A stretch of 64,000 nt of DNA from an uncultured Balneola sp. (GCA_963975485.1 CAXBHO010000002.1:14257-78256); one strand, 5' to 3'. Shown: positions 12,001-22,398, counted from the stretch's first letter. Notes: generated from the sequence alone by a model not told the origin. Translations and numbers: made by a program.

Positions 12001-13352
12001 GTGCAGGTGAACTTAAGATTATGAATGACGAAGGTCAGGTTCTTATCAGCTATAACGTGCCTTATGGCAGCGAAATGATGGTTGAAGAAGGTGATATGAT
12101 TCCTAAAGGCGCACAGCTTTGTAAGTGGGATCCATACAACGCACTGATCTTTTCTGAAATTGACGGTACTGTTGAGTACAAAGATATTATCGATGGAGTT
12201 ACTTCTACTGATGATACGGATGCTCAAACCGGTCACCGTGAAAAAGTTATTACTGACTCGAAAGATCGTACACTCGTTCCTACTTTAGTAGTTAAAGGGA
12301 AGAAAGACATTGTACGTGAAAGCACACTTCCGGTTGATACTCACGTTGCTATCGCTGATGGTGAGAAAGTATTTGCAGGCCAAGTAATTGCTAAGATTCC
12401 TAGAGCGGCATCTAAATCAAAAGATATTACAGCGGGTCTTCCTCGTGTGACTGAGCTTTTCGAAGCACGTTCACCAAGTGAGCCGGCAGTTGTTTCTGAG
12501 ATTGATGGTATCGTTGAAATGGGTGGGCGTAAGCGTGGTTCGCAGGAAGTATTTGTAAAATCGAAAGATGGTACTGATGAGAAAAAGTATCTGATTTCTT
12601 TGAGCAAGCATATCTTGGTGCAAACCAATGATTTTGTGAAAGCAGGGCAATCACTTTCTGATGGAACGATACCGGCACAGGATATTCTAAATATTCTCGG
12701 ACCATACGCTGTACAATCGTACTTAGTGAATGAGATTCAGGAAGTTTATCGTTTACAAGGTGTGAAAATCAATGATAAACACATCGAGGTTATTGTTAGC
12801 ACGATGATGCAGAAAGTTGAGATCACTGACCCGGGCGATACCATGTTCCTGGAAGGCGACAGAGTTGATCGTTTTGAAGTGAATACTCGAAATGACGAAT
12901 TGATTGGTAAGTTTGTTATTACTGAAGAAGGTGGCAGTGAACTTAAGAAAGGAAAAATCCTTGATCGTCGCCAAGTAAGAGATATCAACAACGAATTGAT
13001 CAAAAAAGATAAAGAAGAAATCCAAACTCGTGAAGCTGAGCCTGCAATTTCTCGCCCAATTCTATTGGGTATTACGAGAGCTGCACTTTCTACTGAAAGT
13101 TGGTTATCAGCTGCTTCTTTTCAGGAAACAACGAAAGTACTTACTCAGGCTTCTATTGAAGCTAAGAAAGACTTCTTGCGTGGACTGAAAGAAAACGTAG
13201 TTGTTGGACACAAGGTGCCAGCCGGTACCGGTCTTCGTGAGTACAATGATCTAATCGTTGGGCCAATCGATGATGTTGATGAAAGCGATTCTGAAGTTGC
13301 AGAGGTTTTTGAAACTCTGGGTGGCAGTGATGAGGAAAAAGCAGAAGCTTAA
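9051..13352 (+). CDS. rpoC: DNA-directed RNA polymerase subunit beta'
   Basis: 1433 aa. Zn finger [23 protein letters not shown] and catalytic [15 protein letters not shown] start after a GGAGGA SD. Confidence 0.98.
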   Translation: MPITKTLTVTNDFNSIGISLASAETILSRSHGEVLTPETINYRTFKPEMDGLFCEKIFGPVKDYECHCGKYKRIRYKGIICDRCGVEVTRKAVRRERMGHITLTVPVVHIWYFKSLPNKIAYLLGMSSKNLDRIVYYETFVIINPGVARDLGYAKGDMISEEEKYDILDQLPEDNYELDHEDEDKFIVKEGADALASMLADLDLDELAYQLRYEVKHETSQMRKKKKLKRLQVIESFRAASVHTENKPEWMCQSVIPVIPPELRPLVPLEGGRFATSDLNDLYRRVIIRNNRLKRLLDIKAPDVILRNEKRMLQEAVDSLYDNSRKSNAVRNNNRPLKSLSDMLKGKSGRFRQNLLGKRVDYSGRSVIVVGPELKMHECGLPKEMAVELYKPFIIRRLIERGYVKTVKSAKKVVDRRDQVVWEVLENVIDGHPVMLNRAPTLHRLGIQAFQPVLIEEKAIRLHPLACTAFNADFDGDQMAVHLPLSHDAVLEASVLMLGSHNIMSPASGGPIAVPSQDMILGLYYLTKPANGKKGEGKAFADMNEVLVAFDQGKIDLHAKINVRVQVTNEEGETVNEEVKTSTGRVIFNQIVPEQIGFMNKTLGKKELRVLIGDIHSIVGTTRCATFLDDMKKLGYENATLGGLSFSLDDIIIPDAKAKLIDGAKDEVRDIQGRYEMGFITDNERYNQVIDKWTSTTNRVSETLFKALQEDRDGFNPVYMMADSGARGSKEQIRQLGGMRGLMAKPQKSSMQQGNEVIENPILSSFKEGLSVLEYFISTHGARKGLADTALKTADAGYLTRRLVDVSQDVIITEDDCGTLRGIKMSALKDNEDIIEKLEDRIIGRFSLHDIHDPITDDLICEANQMIDETVAKKIAETSIEEVDIRSVLTCETGRGVCAKCYGRDLARGTVVEKGEAVGVIAAQSIGEPGTQLTLRTFHVGGTASRLEADSQHKSKFDGKVEFENVRVVAYEDGEEERNIVLSRAGELKIMNDEGQVLISYNVPYGSEMMVEEGDMIPKGAQLCKWDPYNALIFSEIDGTVEYKDIIDGVTSTDDTDAQTGHREKVITDSKDRTLVPTLVVKGKKDIVRESTLPVDTHVAIADGEKVFAGQVIAKIPRAASKSKDITAGLPRVTELFEARSPSEPAVVSEIDGIVEMGGRKRGSQEVFVKSKDGTDEKKYLISLSKHILVQTNDFVKAGQSLSDGTIPAQDILNILGPYAVQSYLVNEIQEVYRLQGVKINDKHIEVIVSTMMQKVEITDPGDTMFLEGDRVDRFEVNTRNDELIGKFVITEEGGSELKKGKILDRRQVRDINNELIKKDKEEIQTREAEPAISRPILLGITRAALSTESWLSAASFQETTKVLTQASIEAKKDFLRGLKENVVVGHKVPAGTGLREYNDLIVGPIDDVDESDSEVAEVFETLGGSDEEKAEA

Positions 13353-13388
13353 ATCCTAATTCATCTGATTTCTTTTAAGAAAATGAAA

Positions 13389-13419
13389 CCCCGTGCATGA
13401 AGATGTGCGGGGTTTTTTG
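13389..13419 (+). terminator. Rho-independent terminator of the rpoBC operon
   Basis: CCCCGTGCAT-gaag-ATGTGCGGGG followed by TTTTTT. Confidence 0.75.
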
Positions 13420-13558
13420 TATATAAAATAATCGAAATAACTCATACACACTTTTAGGGATACTACCCGAGTTTTTTTATAAAAAGAATAGTTAAGGACA
13501 AAACTAAAATAAAAATAGTTTGCTATAAGTAGTTAAAAAGTTAAATTTTATCAGCTAT

Positions 13559-15241
13559 TTATTTCCCGCTTCCAAAATCTACCTCTTTACCATCTTTAAA
13601 AATGCGTAAGCCTTCCGGATTGCTTTTTGCACCATTCGGTCCAAATTCGGTAATACTTGCTGCCAGCTCTTCTTCCGTTCTGGGCTCACCAACTTGACGA
13701 GGTTCATCTTTATGGAAAGAATCCACATGCACCGTTTGCGTTGGGAAAGCGAATTCCACACCAACTTCTTTAGCTAGTTTCAGCACTTCTAAAAAGAAGT
13801 TATGTTTTTGCTGAAGCTCAGTACTCCAATCCGGAACTTTGAAGAATACATATATCATTACATCTAAAGAGTGAGCTCCAAAAGCATTAAAATGAACTTC
13901 GTAAAAATCTTGCCGGAAATGGGAGTTAGATTTTACAATCGCTTTTATTCCTTCAACAAAAGCTTCCATTTGCTCCGGCGATGTGGAATAGGTTAGATTC
14001 AAAGTTGTGAGTAATCGCCGATATTCTCGCATTCCTAAATTATCAACGTCATTATTTGAAATATTTGCGTTGGGAACACTAACCAAAGAGTTATAGAAAG
14101 TTCGGATTCTGGTCGAACGAAAACCCACTTCTTCGACTGTACCTTCCACACTGCCGACTTTAATCCAGTCTCCGATTCTAAATGGTTTGTCTACAAAAAT
14201 AGTAATAGAACCGAAGAAATTAGCTAACGTATCTCTAGCCGCTAAAGCTACTGCTAAACCACCGATTCCTAATCCAGCGATAAGCGAAGCAACATTATAT
14301 CCGTTATTCTGGAGGATGAGAATCACCCCCATTACCAGTACGAAGAAACGCATAGTTTTACGGATTAAGGGCACGAGCTGATCATCTAATTTCGTTTCTG
14401 TTTTAGATGTCAAAACTCCAAGATATTTCGAAACGACATTCGAAAGATTGTAGAAGAGCCAAATAAATCCAACAGAAACTGCAATCTCAAGAATCAGTGA
14501 GAGATAGTAATTTACGTTAACTGAAAGTTGGAGGTTAGTAAATGTAAGGAACCAAAAAACCATCAAAAAAATAAATCCGGTTGGTTTATCGAGTTCATCG
14601 ATCAAATCATCATCCCATTCAAATTTGGTTTTTTTTGCTAAACGATGAATATAGTTATCTAAAATAAACTCGAAGATCTTCCTCAGAATTAAGCCAAGAA
14701 GCAGCCAAGCAAAAATGGCAAAATACTGCCATATTTCTAAGCCAAGCCAAATTTTTCGGGTAGATTCCGGAAGTTCACTAACAACAGCTTCAACAAGTGA
14801 AGAAAAAGTTTGGCGATACAGTACAGGTATTTGATCTATCGTTGCTTTTGAAAAAACCCATTCAGATCCTTGCTTTGTTAAATACACTTCCGGTAGCTCT
14901 TTAAATAAGATGTATTGCTGAAGACCAGACAAGCTATCTGTATATTCACGGGCATTTGGTATAGCATCATACTCAACAAGAAGGCCACGAGCATCAAGAA
15001 CTTTTTTAAGTTCTCTGGCAAGTTCAATCTTTTCTTCTTTAGTGCCTGAATGCAACTTCATTGTAGTGGCAATTTTATCAAGATTCTGATGGCCCGTTTG
15101 TTGCCAGTACAAAAACGTATGAACAGCTTTTTGAGGAGTCGCCAAATCAGAGGTTCGATTTTCCTGAAAACCAAAAACAGATGCAGATGTGAATAATAAT
15201 AAGAGAAGAAAAGCTCGAGAAAAATAATGTTGCAAATTCAT
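13559..15241 (-). CDS. Mechanosensitive ion channel (MscS family) with N-terminal periplasmic extension
   Basis: 560 aa with a signal peptide and several TM helices. MscS beta-domain signature PFRIGDWIKVGSVEGTVEEVGFRSTRIRT. Confidence 0.85.
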   Translation of the reverse strand: MNLQHYFSRAFLLLLLFTSASVFGFQENRTSDLATPQKAVHTFLYWQQTGHQNLDKIATTMKLHSGTKEEKIELARELKKVLDARGLLVEYDAIPNAREYTDSLSGLQQYILFKELPEVYLTKQGSEWVFSKATIDQIPVLYRQTFSSLVEAVVSELPESTRKIWLGLEIWQYFAIFAWLLLGLILRKIFEFILDNYIHRLAKKTKFEWDDDLIDELDKPTGFIFLMVFWFLTFTNLQLSVNVNYYLSLILEIAVSVGFIWLFYNLSNVVSKYLGVLTSKTETKLDDQLVPLIRKTMRFFVLVMGVILILQNNGYNVASLIAGLGIGGLAVALAARDTLANFFGSITIFVDKPFRIGDWIKVGSVEGTVEEVGFRSTRIRTFYNSLVSVPNANISNNDVDNLGMREYRRLLTTLNLTYSTSPEQMEAFVEGIKAIVKSNSHFRQDFYEVHFNAFGAHSLDVMIYVFFKVPDWSTELQQKHNFFLEVLKLAKEVGVEFAFPTQTVHVDSFHKDEPRQVGEPRTEEELAASITEFGPNGAKSNPEGLRIFKDGKEVDFGSGK

Positions 15242-15390
15242 AGAATAATCAGATTTTTATTGGGCTGGAAATTAAGAATGTTTAGCTGGCATTAAAAGAT
15301 GAAGAAGTAAAGAAAACCGGTAACAAAAAAGCTAAAAAGCCGTAGCTTGAAAGATAATAATTTATAATAGATAAAAAGGGCGCATTAAGA

Positions 15391-17934
15391 GTGATAAACA
15401 GGAACTCTTATATACTAATATTGCTGGGTATTTTGGGATTTACAGGGTTTGTATTCTTACGACCTTATACAGATTTTTATGCGGGAGCTCCAATCGCAGA
15501 AAGTAGGCAACAGGTAGAGGGTAAGCTTGCCGATATTTCTCAAAATCTGGGATTTTCCTTAGACAGTCTTGAAGTATATACCGCAAGAAAACAGCACGGG
15601 AAATATTATTCTGATCTTCTTGATACCTTAAAGAATGATTTTACACCGTACGAATTAAATCAAAGAGATCGTCACTTTCAATCATGGGTTTCGGTAATAG
15701 GAAAGAAAGGGGGTGTTTCTGATATTATTATTAGTCAGGGATCACTTTTCGAGTCCTATGGCAGATTCAAAATTAGTTTTTCAAACTCGGGTAAGGTTAT
15801 TAGAATGTCGCCAAGTGAGTTTGCGCCCAATCCTACGTTTCTAAAAGGAAACTCCCCCATCGAAATAGCTGAAACAGTGATAGGTACTGTTTTGGGATAT
15901 GATTTAAACATGTATCAGTTCCAAAGCGATAATGAAGACAGTAGCACCATCATTTTGGATGAACAATCCGTTGAGGCTCCAAAACCGAATAGAGCAAGTA
16001 TGTTGAGCTCGGGATTAGAGTTTAACTGGCTTCGTAAAGGGGATGATTACTCTCTTCCGGCAATGCTTTCCATTAATTTAGAGTCTGTTATCAAGGAAGA
16101 TGATGAGCAGGATATTTTTAGAACAGAATTTGGATACAAGATCAATTCATTTGTTGCAAAGAATGAATTTGAGCCTGATCAATTAGATGCTGCGATTGTC
16201 TCTCAAGAGTCTAACACGTTTACTATTGTTTTCTTCGTGGCACTAATTCTTGTAGTGATATGTACATTTACAGTTGGTGTTAAGAATATTTTTAAAGGTA
16301 AAGTAGAATGGCGTAGACCTTTATTTATGTTCGCTTCAGTAGGTCTTGGAGTGTATGGCTGGCAAGCAATATTTGCGATGAGTTCATTTATGCCATTTTA
16401 CGAGAATACGCTGCTGATTGGAGCTGCTTTAAATAATTTAGTATTTGGAATTGCAATCGGGATATATATGGCGTTGGCTTATGTAGCCTGGGAAGCGTTG
16501 GCGAGATCTCAAAAACACCAACAACTCGATGTTATTGACGCACTATGGCAAAGAAAATTCTTTGTAAGAGAAACAGGCTCCGGTCTTATTCATGGCTTTG
16601 CGCTAAGTGGTATGATTATTGGGTTATTTTCGGTCATGCTTTTTGCACTTGAACTTTATTTCTCACAGTCTGATAGCCAGTTTGGTTTTACCGAACCCGG
16701 TAGTAAGTTTCAGTTATTAACTATGAATATGAGTAGCTGGACTACAACCTGGCTGGTTGTGTTTGTACAAATCGGTTTTGTATATGGACTACTCCATCAC
16801 TGGATTAGCAATAAATGGATTGCATTGATCTCAAGTATTGCCATCAGTGCTTTTTTTGTATCCACATTGGGTAGGTTGATTGAAACAAACGGTGATTTTT
16901 TTGAGGACTATTTGATCTTTTTCGTTATTTCAATTGTAACGATTATAGGGTATAAGAGATATGGAATACTAACTGTTTTAACAGCTTGGTGGGTGTTTGC
17001 TTCTGTTTATATGATTACACCATATTGGAATTCTACAAGCATCGAGGTAGCATATATTTCCTGGGCGCAAGCAGGAATAATAGCACTTCCCCTTGTTTAT
17101 GGTTTAATTGCTTACCGATATGGAATACCACTTTCTGAAGTTGGGGATTACATTCCTGAGTACGAAGAAAAGATGACTCAACATCTAAGAGTGGAAAGAG
17201 AAATTGAGATTGCTCGGGAAAGTCAGTACAAATTAATGCCCGTAAATCCTCCTAAAGCTGATGGTTTTGATGTACATGGTTTTTTCTTACCCTCTTTTGA
17301 AGTAGGAGGAGATTATTTTGATTATGTACTAAGCAACAACAAAGACGGCTCTCCAAAAGCGTTAACAATGGTTGTTGTAGATGTTTCTGGGAAGGCAATG
17401 CGAGCAGCGATGCCCGCAATTTTTACGAGTGGATTATTGCTTTCGAGAATGAAAGAAGATTCGCCGGCACAAATTTTATCATCAGTTTCTGAGCCTATTT
17501 TCAATCGAACAGATAAAAGAACGTTCATCACTTGTGCTATGGCTCAGTACGATCTGGCTACAAAAACACTATCAGTAGCAAATGCAGGCCATTGCAAACC
17601 GATATTAAAGAGAAACGGCAAAGCAGATTTTATTCAAACTCCTGAACCAAGATATCCGCTTGGAATTAAACCTGAAGTGAAATATCAAAATTTAGAATTC
17701 AAGCTTAAGAAAGGTGATTTTTTCTTGTTATATTCCGATGGCTTACCCGAAGCAGCAAACGAAAAGGGTGAGTGGTTCGGGTTTGACGAAGTTCCAGCAC
17801 TTATGGAACGGATTGACACAGATAACCTTTCTGCTAGTGAGATAGCACAAGAAATTAAACGAACGGTACAAAAATTCAGTAATTATCAACTTGTTGACGA
17901 TACAACCGTAATTTGCTTAAAAATTATAACTTAA
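15391..17934 (+). CDS. Membrane-anchored PP2C/SpoIIE-family serine phosphatase
   Basis: 847 aa. The N-terminal extracytoplasmic region of about 270 aa is followed by roughly 10 predicted TM helices. The C-terminal SpoIIE domain has GGDYFDY, VVDVSGKAMRAAM, ANAGH, LYSDGLPEA and DDTTVICLKI. GTG start. Confidence 0.8.
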   Translation: MINRNSYILILLGILGFTGFVFLRPYTDFYAGAPIAESRQQVEGKLADISQNLGFSLDSLEVYTARKQHGKYYSDLLDTLKNDFTPYELNQRDRHFQSWVSVIGKKGGVSDIIISQGSLFESYGRFKISFSNSGKVIRMSPSEFAPNPTFLKGNSPIEIAETVIGTVLGYDLNMYQFQSDNEDSSTIILDEQSVEAPKPNRASMLSSGLEFNWLRKGDDYSLPAMLSINLESVIKEDDEQDIFRTEFGYKINSFVAKNEFEPDQLDAAIVSQESNTFTIVFFVALILVVICTFTVGVKNIFKGKVEWRRPLFMFASVGLGVYGWQAIFAMSSFMPFYENTLLIGAALNNLVFGIAIGIYMALAYVAWEALARSQKHQQLDVIDALWQRKFFVRETGSGLIHGFALSGMIIGLFSVMLFALELYFSQSDSQFGFTEPGSKFQLLTMNMSSWTTTWLVVFVQIGFVYGLLHHWISNKWIALISSIAISAFFVSTLGRLIETNGDFFEDYLIFFVISIVTIIGYKRYGILTVLTAWWVFASVYMITPYWNSTSIEVAYISWAQAGIIALPLVYGLIAYRYGIPLSEVGDYIPEYEEKMTQHLRVEREIEIARESQYKLMPVNPPKADGFDVHGFFLPSFEVGGDYFDYVLSNNKDGSPKALTMVVVDVSGKAMRAAMPAIFTSGLLLSRMKEDSPAQILSSVSEPIFNRTDKRTFITCAMAQYDLATKTLSVANAGHCKPILKRNGKADFIQTPEPRYPLGIKPEVKYQNLEFKLKKGDFFLLYSDGLPEAANEKGEWFGFDEVPALMERIDTDNLSASEIAQEIKRTVQKFSNYQLVDDTTVICLKIIT

Positions 17935-17952
17935 AAATAAAAGCCGAACATC

Positions 17953-18948
17953 ATGGCTCAAGAAACAGATTTCTCATTCAACGTACCGCCGGAGTTTGAG
18001 AAAATCACAAAAAATATCCGAGTAATTATAGTCGGATTGATAGCGGTAGTTACCATTTTCTCCTCCTTTTTTACCGTAGAAACGGAAGAAGTTGGTGTAA
18101 TAACTCGTTTTGGTAAATATATTGATGAAGCTCGTCCTGGACTGAACTTCAAAGTTCCATTTATTGACAAAGTTCAATATGTACCTGTTCAGCGACAATT
18201 AAAACAGGAATTTGGATACAGAACAAACTCTGCGGGTGTAAATTCTACGTACAGAAAAGCAGGTTACGGAGGCGAATCCTTAATGCTTACCGGAGACTTG
18301 AATTTAGCCGACGTTGAATGGGTAATACAGTTCAGAATTGACAATCCGTATAACTATTTGTTTAAAGTTCGTAACGCTGACGAAACACTACGTGATATTT
18401 CAGAAGCTGCTATGCGCCAAATTGTTGGCGACAGAACGGTAAACGAAGTACTTACTGTTGGGAGAGCTGAAGTTGCAAGCGAAGCAGAATTAATAATTCA
18501 AGCAATTGTGGATGAATATGAATTAGGAATAAAGATAGAACAAATGGTATTACAAGATGCCAATCCACCAGATCCTGTTAAACCTTCTTTTAACGGAGTA
18601 AATGAAGCCGAGCAACAAAGAGAGACACTTATTAATCAGGCAAGAGCTGATTACAACCGTGTGATTCCCCGTGCGGCAGGTGAAGCACAGCAAACTATTC
18701 AACAAGCAGAAGGTTACGCTCTTAATCGCGTGAACACTGCAGAAGGTGAAGTTTCTAAATTCAATGACCTGTACTCAGAGTATATAAAAGCTCCCGAAGT
18801 AACCAAGACACGAATTTTTTTGGAAACCATGGAAGAAATCCTCCCAAGAATGGGACAGAAAATCATTACGGATGAAAAAGGGAATAGTGTGATTCCATTA
18901 TTGCAACTGCAGATGAACGGCGCTCAAGTTAAAAACCAACAAAACTAA
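17953..18948 (+). CDS. hflK: FtsH protease activity modulator HflK (SPFH/band-7)
   Basis: 331 aa with an N-terminal TM helix and an SPFH domain, paired with the downstream hflC. Confidence 0.85.
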   Translation: MAQETDFSFNVPPEFEKITKNIRVIIVGLIAVVTIFSSFFTVETEEVGVITRFGKYIDEARPGLNFKVPFIDKVQYVPVQRQLKQEFGYRTNSAGVNSTYRKAGYGGESLMLTGDLNLADVEWVIQFRIDNPYNYLFKVRNADETLRDISEAAMRQIVGDRTVNEVLTVGRAEVASEAELIIQAIVDEYELGIKIEQMVLQDANPPDPVKPSFNGVNEAEQQRETLINQARADYNRVIPRAAGEAQQTIQQAEGYALNRVNTAEGEVSKFNDLYSEYIKAPEVTKTRIFLETMEEILPRMGQKIITDEKGNSVIPLLQLQMNGAQVKNQQN

Positions 18949-18958
18949 GAGGATAATC

Positions 18959-19903
18959 ATGAAAAATGTTAAAGGAATAGGATTATTGATTGTACTTGGA
19001 GTGGTTGGGTTTGTACTTCTTAATTCTGCGTTTATTGTAAATGAGAAAGAGCAAGTCATTATCACCCAATTTGGTGATCCAAAAGGAGAAGCTATTACAA
19101 CTCCGGGATTAAAATTTAAAACGCCATTTTTACAAGTAGCCAATTTTTTCGAAAAGCGATATCTTGAATGGGATGGAGATCCAAATCAAGTGCCAACAAA
19201 GGATAAGGTATTTATTTTTGTAGATACCTATGCCAGATGGCAAATAACGGATCCGCTAAAGTATTTCGAGCGATTAGGAAATGAACGTGGTGCTCAATCA
19301 AGATTAGATGATATACTTGATGGCGAAACAAGAAATGCTGTTGCATCTCAGGATTTGGTGGAACTTATACGGTCATCCAATCGAGTAGCAGAAACGGAAG
19401 GGATAATCGCAGATATTGTGAATGATTCTTTAGAGAACATTCAAATTGGACGTGATCAAATCCAGGAACAGATTCAAGAATTAGCAAACCAAAGAACAGC
19501 AGATCTTGGAATCGCTATATTGGATTTTAGATTTAAGCGCATCAACTATGCCGAAGAAGTTCGACGTACGGTTTATGACAGAATGATTTCAGAGCGTAAC
19601 AGGATTGCTGATAAATTCAGATCTGAAGGTCAAGGTGAAGCTTCCAGAATAAATGGTGAGAAAGAACGTGAACTAAAACGTATTCAATCCGAAGCTTTCC
19701 GTGAGGCCGAAACCATTCGAGGTAGAGCGGATGCCCGAGCAGCAGCCATTTATAACAGTGCGTATAATAAAACTCGCCAAGCTCGTGATTTATACTCTTT
19801 TGTGAAAAGTATGGAAGCTTATGGCAATACTATAGATAAGGAAACAACACTTATCATTTCAACAGATAGTGAGTTTTATAGATACCTGAATTCTATTGAT
19901 TGA
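18959..19903 (+). CDS. hflC: Protease modulator HflC (SPFH/band-7)
   Basis: 314 aa with an N-terminal TM helix and an SPFH domain, starting 11 nt after hflK. Confidence 0.85.
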   Translation: MKNVKGIGLLIVLGVVGFVLLNSAFIVNEKEQVIITQFGDPKGEAITTPGLKFKTPFLQVANFFEKRYLEWDGDPNQVPTKDKVFIFVDTYARWQITDPLKYFERLGNERGAQSRLDDILDGETRNAVASQDLVELIRSSNRVAETEGIIADIVNDSLENIQIGRDQIQEQIQELANQRTADLGIAILDFRFKRINYAEEVRRTVYDRMISERNRIADKFRSEGQGEASRINGEKERELKRIQSEAFREAETIRGRADARAAAIYNSAYNKTRQARDLYSFVKSMEAYGNTIDKETTLIISTDSEFYRYLNSID

Positions 19904-19928
19904 CGAATGAGGGCGCAGTTTAATTAGA

Positions 19929-19960
19929 AAAGCGAAGTTTTAAGAGGCTTCGCTTTTTTT
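19929..19960 (+). terminator. Rho-independent terminator after hflC
   Basis: AAGCGAAG-ttttaagag-CTTCGCTT followed by TTTTTT. Confidence 0.7.
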
Positions 19961-20543
19961 ATGAGTCTAAATCAGAAAAGAAGAATAGGATCATCTCTGT
20001 AGATGTCAAGTAATTCGTTGGCAAAAAATGAACCGTATTTTAGCCAGCGTCTTCACTGACACCCCGGATTCAACTGCTACACGCAATTGAATCATCCCCT
20101 CTGTGAGAGGGGAATTGCTTCAGATACATTTTTAGTATTTTTTTCACAATGACACTAAAGTTCCCCTCTTTTAGAGGGGCTAATGAAGTCCGGGGCATAC
20201 CGGTCTTCATTCGGGGTGTTTGTGAGGAATCGATGCTAAATGCTAAATATTTATACTTATCAAAGATTAAGCTCTTTTATCTGCGGACGATTCAAGGACT
20301 ATAACACATCGAATTTCATCCACAATTTCAGGCAGATAGCTATTTGAATACAAAATTTAGAAAGGTATTGACCCAAATTGAACACTTAGTTCATTGTCTA
20401 AACAAGAACTAATCTGTTACTGAGCTAATAGCCTTTCCGTAAGATCCCGTCCAAAGGACTCCTTTGGAGAAACAAGTTCGGGATGACCCTATTTAGGTTT
20501 TCGAGATAGTTAAAAGAAATTCCGTAAACGAATTACATGACAT

Positions 20544-21467
20544 CTATAAAGATGAAGTGGGGTTTATTTTTTCATAATCACTCCTGAAACTCTCATGTAA
20601 CTCAAGTTTTCCTGAGTTTATTTTTTTTGTGTAGAGAAGAATACAAATCAAAATAAATGCCATTCCCAGAATTCCGAGCAACCCGGCTTCGGGGCCGAAC
20701 CTGCCACCCGTCCAAATATCAGGACCAATTTCACTGGTTTGAATGATAGATTGCCTGTTACTTAATCCACTAACGGGAAGTCCGTAAAGACCGCCCATCA
20801 CCCAGTTCCAGGAAAAATGTAGTCCTATAGAAAGCGCCAATCTTCCGGTGAGCACATAAGGGATCGCAAGCATTAATCCTGCAAGTACAATATTAAACGT
20901 AGAAATTAAGGTTGCGTTGGGATTACCGGCATGAGCAACACCAAAAAATACAGAGGTTAAAAAAACAGCCAAAAAAGTTGATTGAACAGGAGTTATTTTT
21001 TTAATGATAAAACCTTCAGACAAGTTTCTGACTATATAACCGCGGAATAATAACTCTTCATAAAACCCAACCGAAAGCATAGTAAGGAAATAGGTAAAAG
21101 CTGCCCAAATCCAAAGATCAGAACTTGCTCGTTCCCATCCATAACCGGAAATTTCAATCCATGAGAAGGTAAATTCAATTCCAAAAATTAAAGTTTGAGC
21201 TGTAAATGCTATGATGATCCCAATAAAAAATTCCTTCCACCATACTCTTGAAATTCCAAGACCAATATCAGAAAGTTTACGATTATCAAATCCACGAACA
21301 GCCACATAAGCTACTGCCAGACAACTTACAGAAGTGGCTACTTTTGCCAACCAGGAAATTTCAATAAGACCAATCGGAATTAAAAAAATTATCGTTACAA
21401 TGATATAACCAAAAATTCTAAATCCTGCACGGAACCGAAGCTCTGATTTGTTGTATAGAATATTCAT
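20544..21467 (-). CDS. CPBP family intramembrane glutamic endopeptidase (CAAX/Abi-like)
   Basis: 307 aa, polytopic. Motifs YEELLFRGY, FFGVAHAGN and HFSWNW. Confidence 0.8.
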   Translation of the reverse strand: MNILYNKSELRFRAGFRIFGYIIVTIIFLIPIGLIEISWLAKVATSVSCLAVAYVAVRGFDNRKLSDIGLGISRVWWKEFFIGIIIAFTAQTLIFGIEFTFSWIEISGYGWERASSDLWIWAAFTYFLTMLSVGFYEELLFRGYIVRNLSEGFIIKKITPVQSTFLAVFLTSVFFGVAHAGNPNATLISTFNIVLAGLMLAIPYVLTGRLALSIGLHFSWNWVMGGLYGLPVSGLSNRQSIIQTSEIGPDIWTGGRFGPEAGLLGILGMAFILICILLYTKKINSGKLELHESFRSDYEKINPTSSL

Positions 21468-21537
21468 GAAGTGGACTTGTTATTAAGAGGTTCAATACAT
21501 TCTTTAAACTACTAACTATTAAAAGAACTGCACCATT

Positions 21538-22191
21538 ATGGAAAGATATGTGTTACATGCCGAGAAAGAAATTATTGAAGAAGTTTTTGAGATTAGATCA
21601 ACTTCAGATTCATTATTTGAAGCTTCATATAATATTTTTCCGGGTTCACCAATGCCGATTATTTTCCATGATACAAGCCGAGAAGTAAAGTCGGGGATTT
21701 GGGGTATATGTTCAGGCAAAGAGAAAATTAATAACTTCAGCAAGCAGGAAGTAGAAGAAGATTCCATCAAGAAATTAGATTTAAAACCCTGCATTATTCC
21801 TGCCAGTGGATTTTATTTATGGAAGCAATCTGTTGAAGATAACTATCCATTTTATATACGAATGTTGGGGAGAGAAGTACTCGGTTTGGCAGGTTTATAT
21901 CACTATGTAGAAGATAAAAATGGAAAAAAATCTATCGAGTTTGCAGTAATTACCAAAGCATCAAATGTATTACTTCAACCGTTAGAACCAACAATGCCTT
22001 GTATTTTGGATCCCGAGAATTTTGAGCAATGGATACAAGGAAATGAAAAAGAAGTGCTTCAATCTCAGTTTCAGGATACTCAATTAATTCCCGATCTGGC
22101 AGTTTATAGAGTTCCAGAATTGGTGAATGATCCTTCCAATAATTCGAAAGAGCTGATACAAGCAATTCCAAAGCTTAGAGATACTGATTAG
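21538..22191 (+). CDS. SRAP (SOS response-associated peptidase, YedK/HMCES)-like protein lacking the catalytic Cys2
   Basis: 217 aa with SRAP blocks YNIFPG, CIIPASGFYLWK, PFYI, LAGLY and FAVITKASN. The N-terminus is MERY instead of MCGR, with an in-frame TAA six codons upstream. Confidence 0.65.
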   Translation: MERYVLHAEKEIIEEVFEIRSTSDSLFEASYNIFPGSPMPIIFHDTSREVKSGIWGICSGKEKINNFSKQEVEEDSIKKLDLKPCIIPASGFYLWKQSVEDNYPFYIRMLGREVLGLAGLYHYVEDKNGKKSIEFAVITKASNVLLQPLEPTMPCILDPENFEQWIQGNEKEVLQSQFQDTQLIPDLAVYRVPELVNDPSNNSKELIQAIPKLRDTD

Positions 22192-22398
22192 TGTAACGTC
22201 ATCCATGAATTGTCTTGTACCTGACAAGTTTTTTACGATGCTTGAACATTGGCTTTACACTAGTTAACTATTTGCCTCGTTCCGCACGCTCAGCGACCTA
22301 ACGGATTATATGCTCTACTTGGCGAGTCAATACAATAAATTTTTTTGATTACAGTAGAGATTCGAGTAATATCTTTCAACCATAAAAAAGGAGGAAAG

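Noticed and set aside
5247-13025. About 20 minus-strand ORFs of 61-111 aa within rpoB and rpoC
   Set aside because: All are embedded antisense in unmistakable RNA polymerase genes and have no motifs.
20184-20196. GAAGTCCGGGGC resembling the RNase P RNA P4 'AAAGUCCGGGC' box
   Set aside because: The complementary P4 strand and the other universally conserved RNase P blocks are not found downstream in the required order. No tmRNA or SRP RNA signatures are present either.
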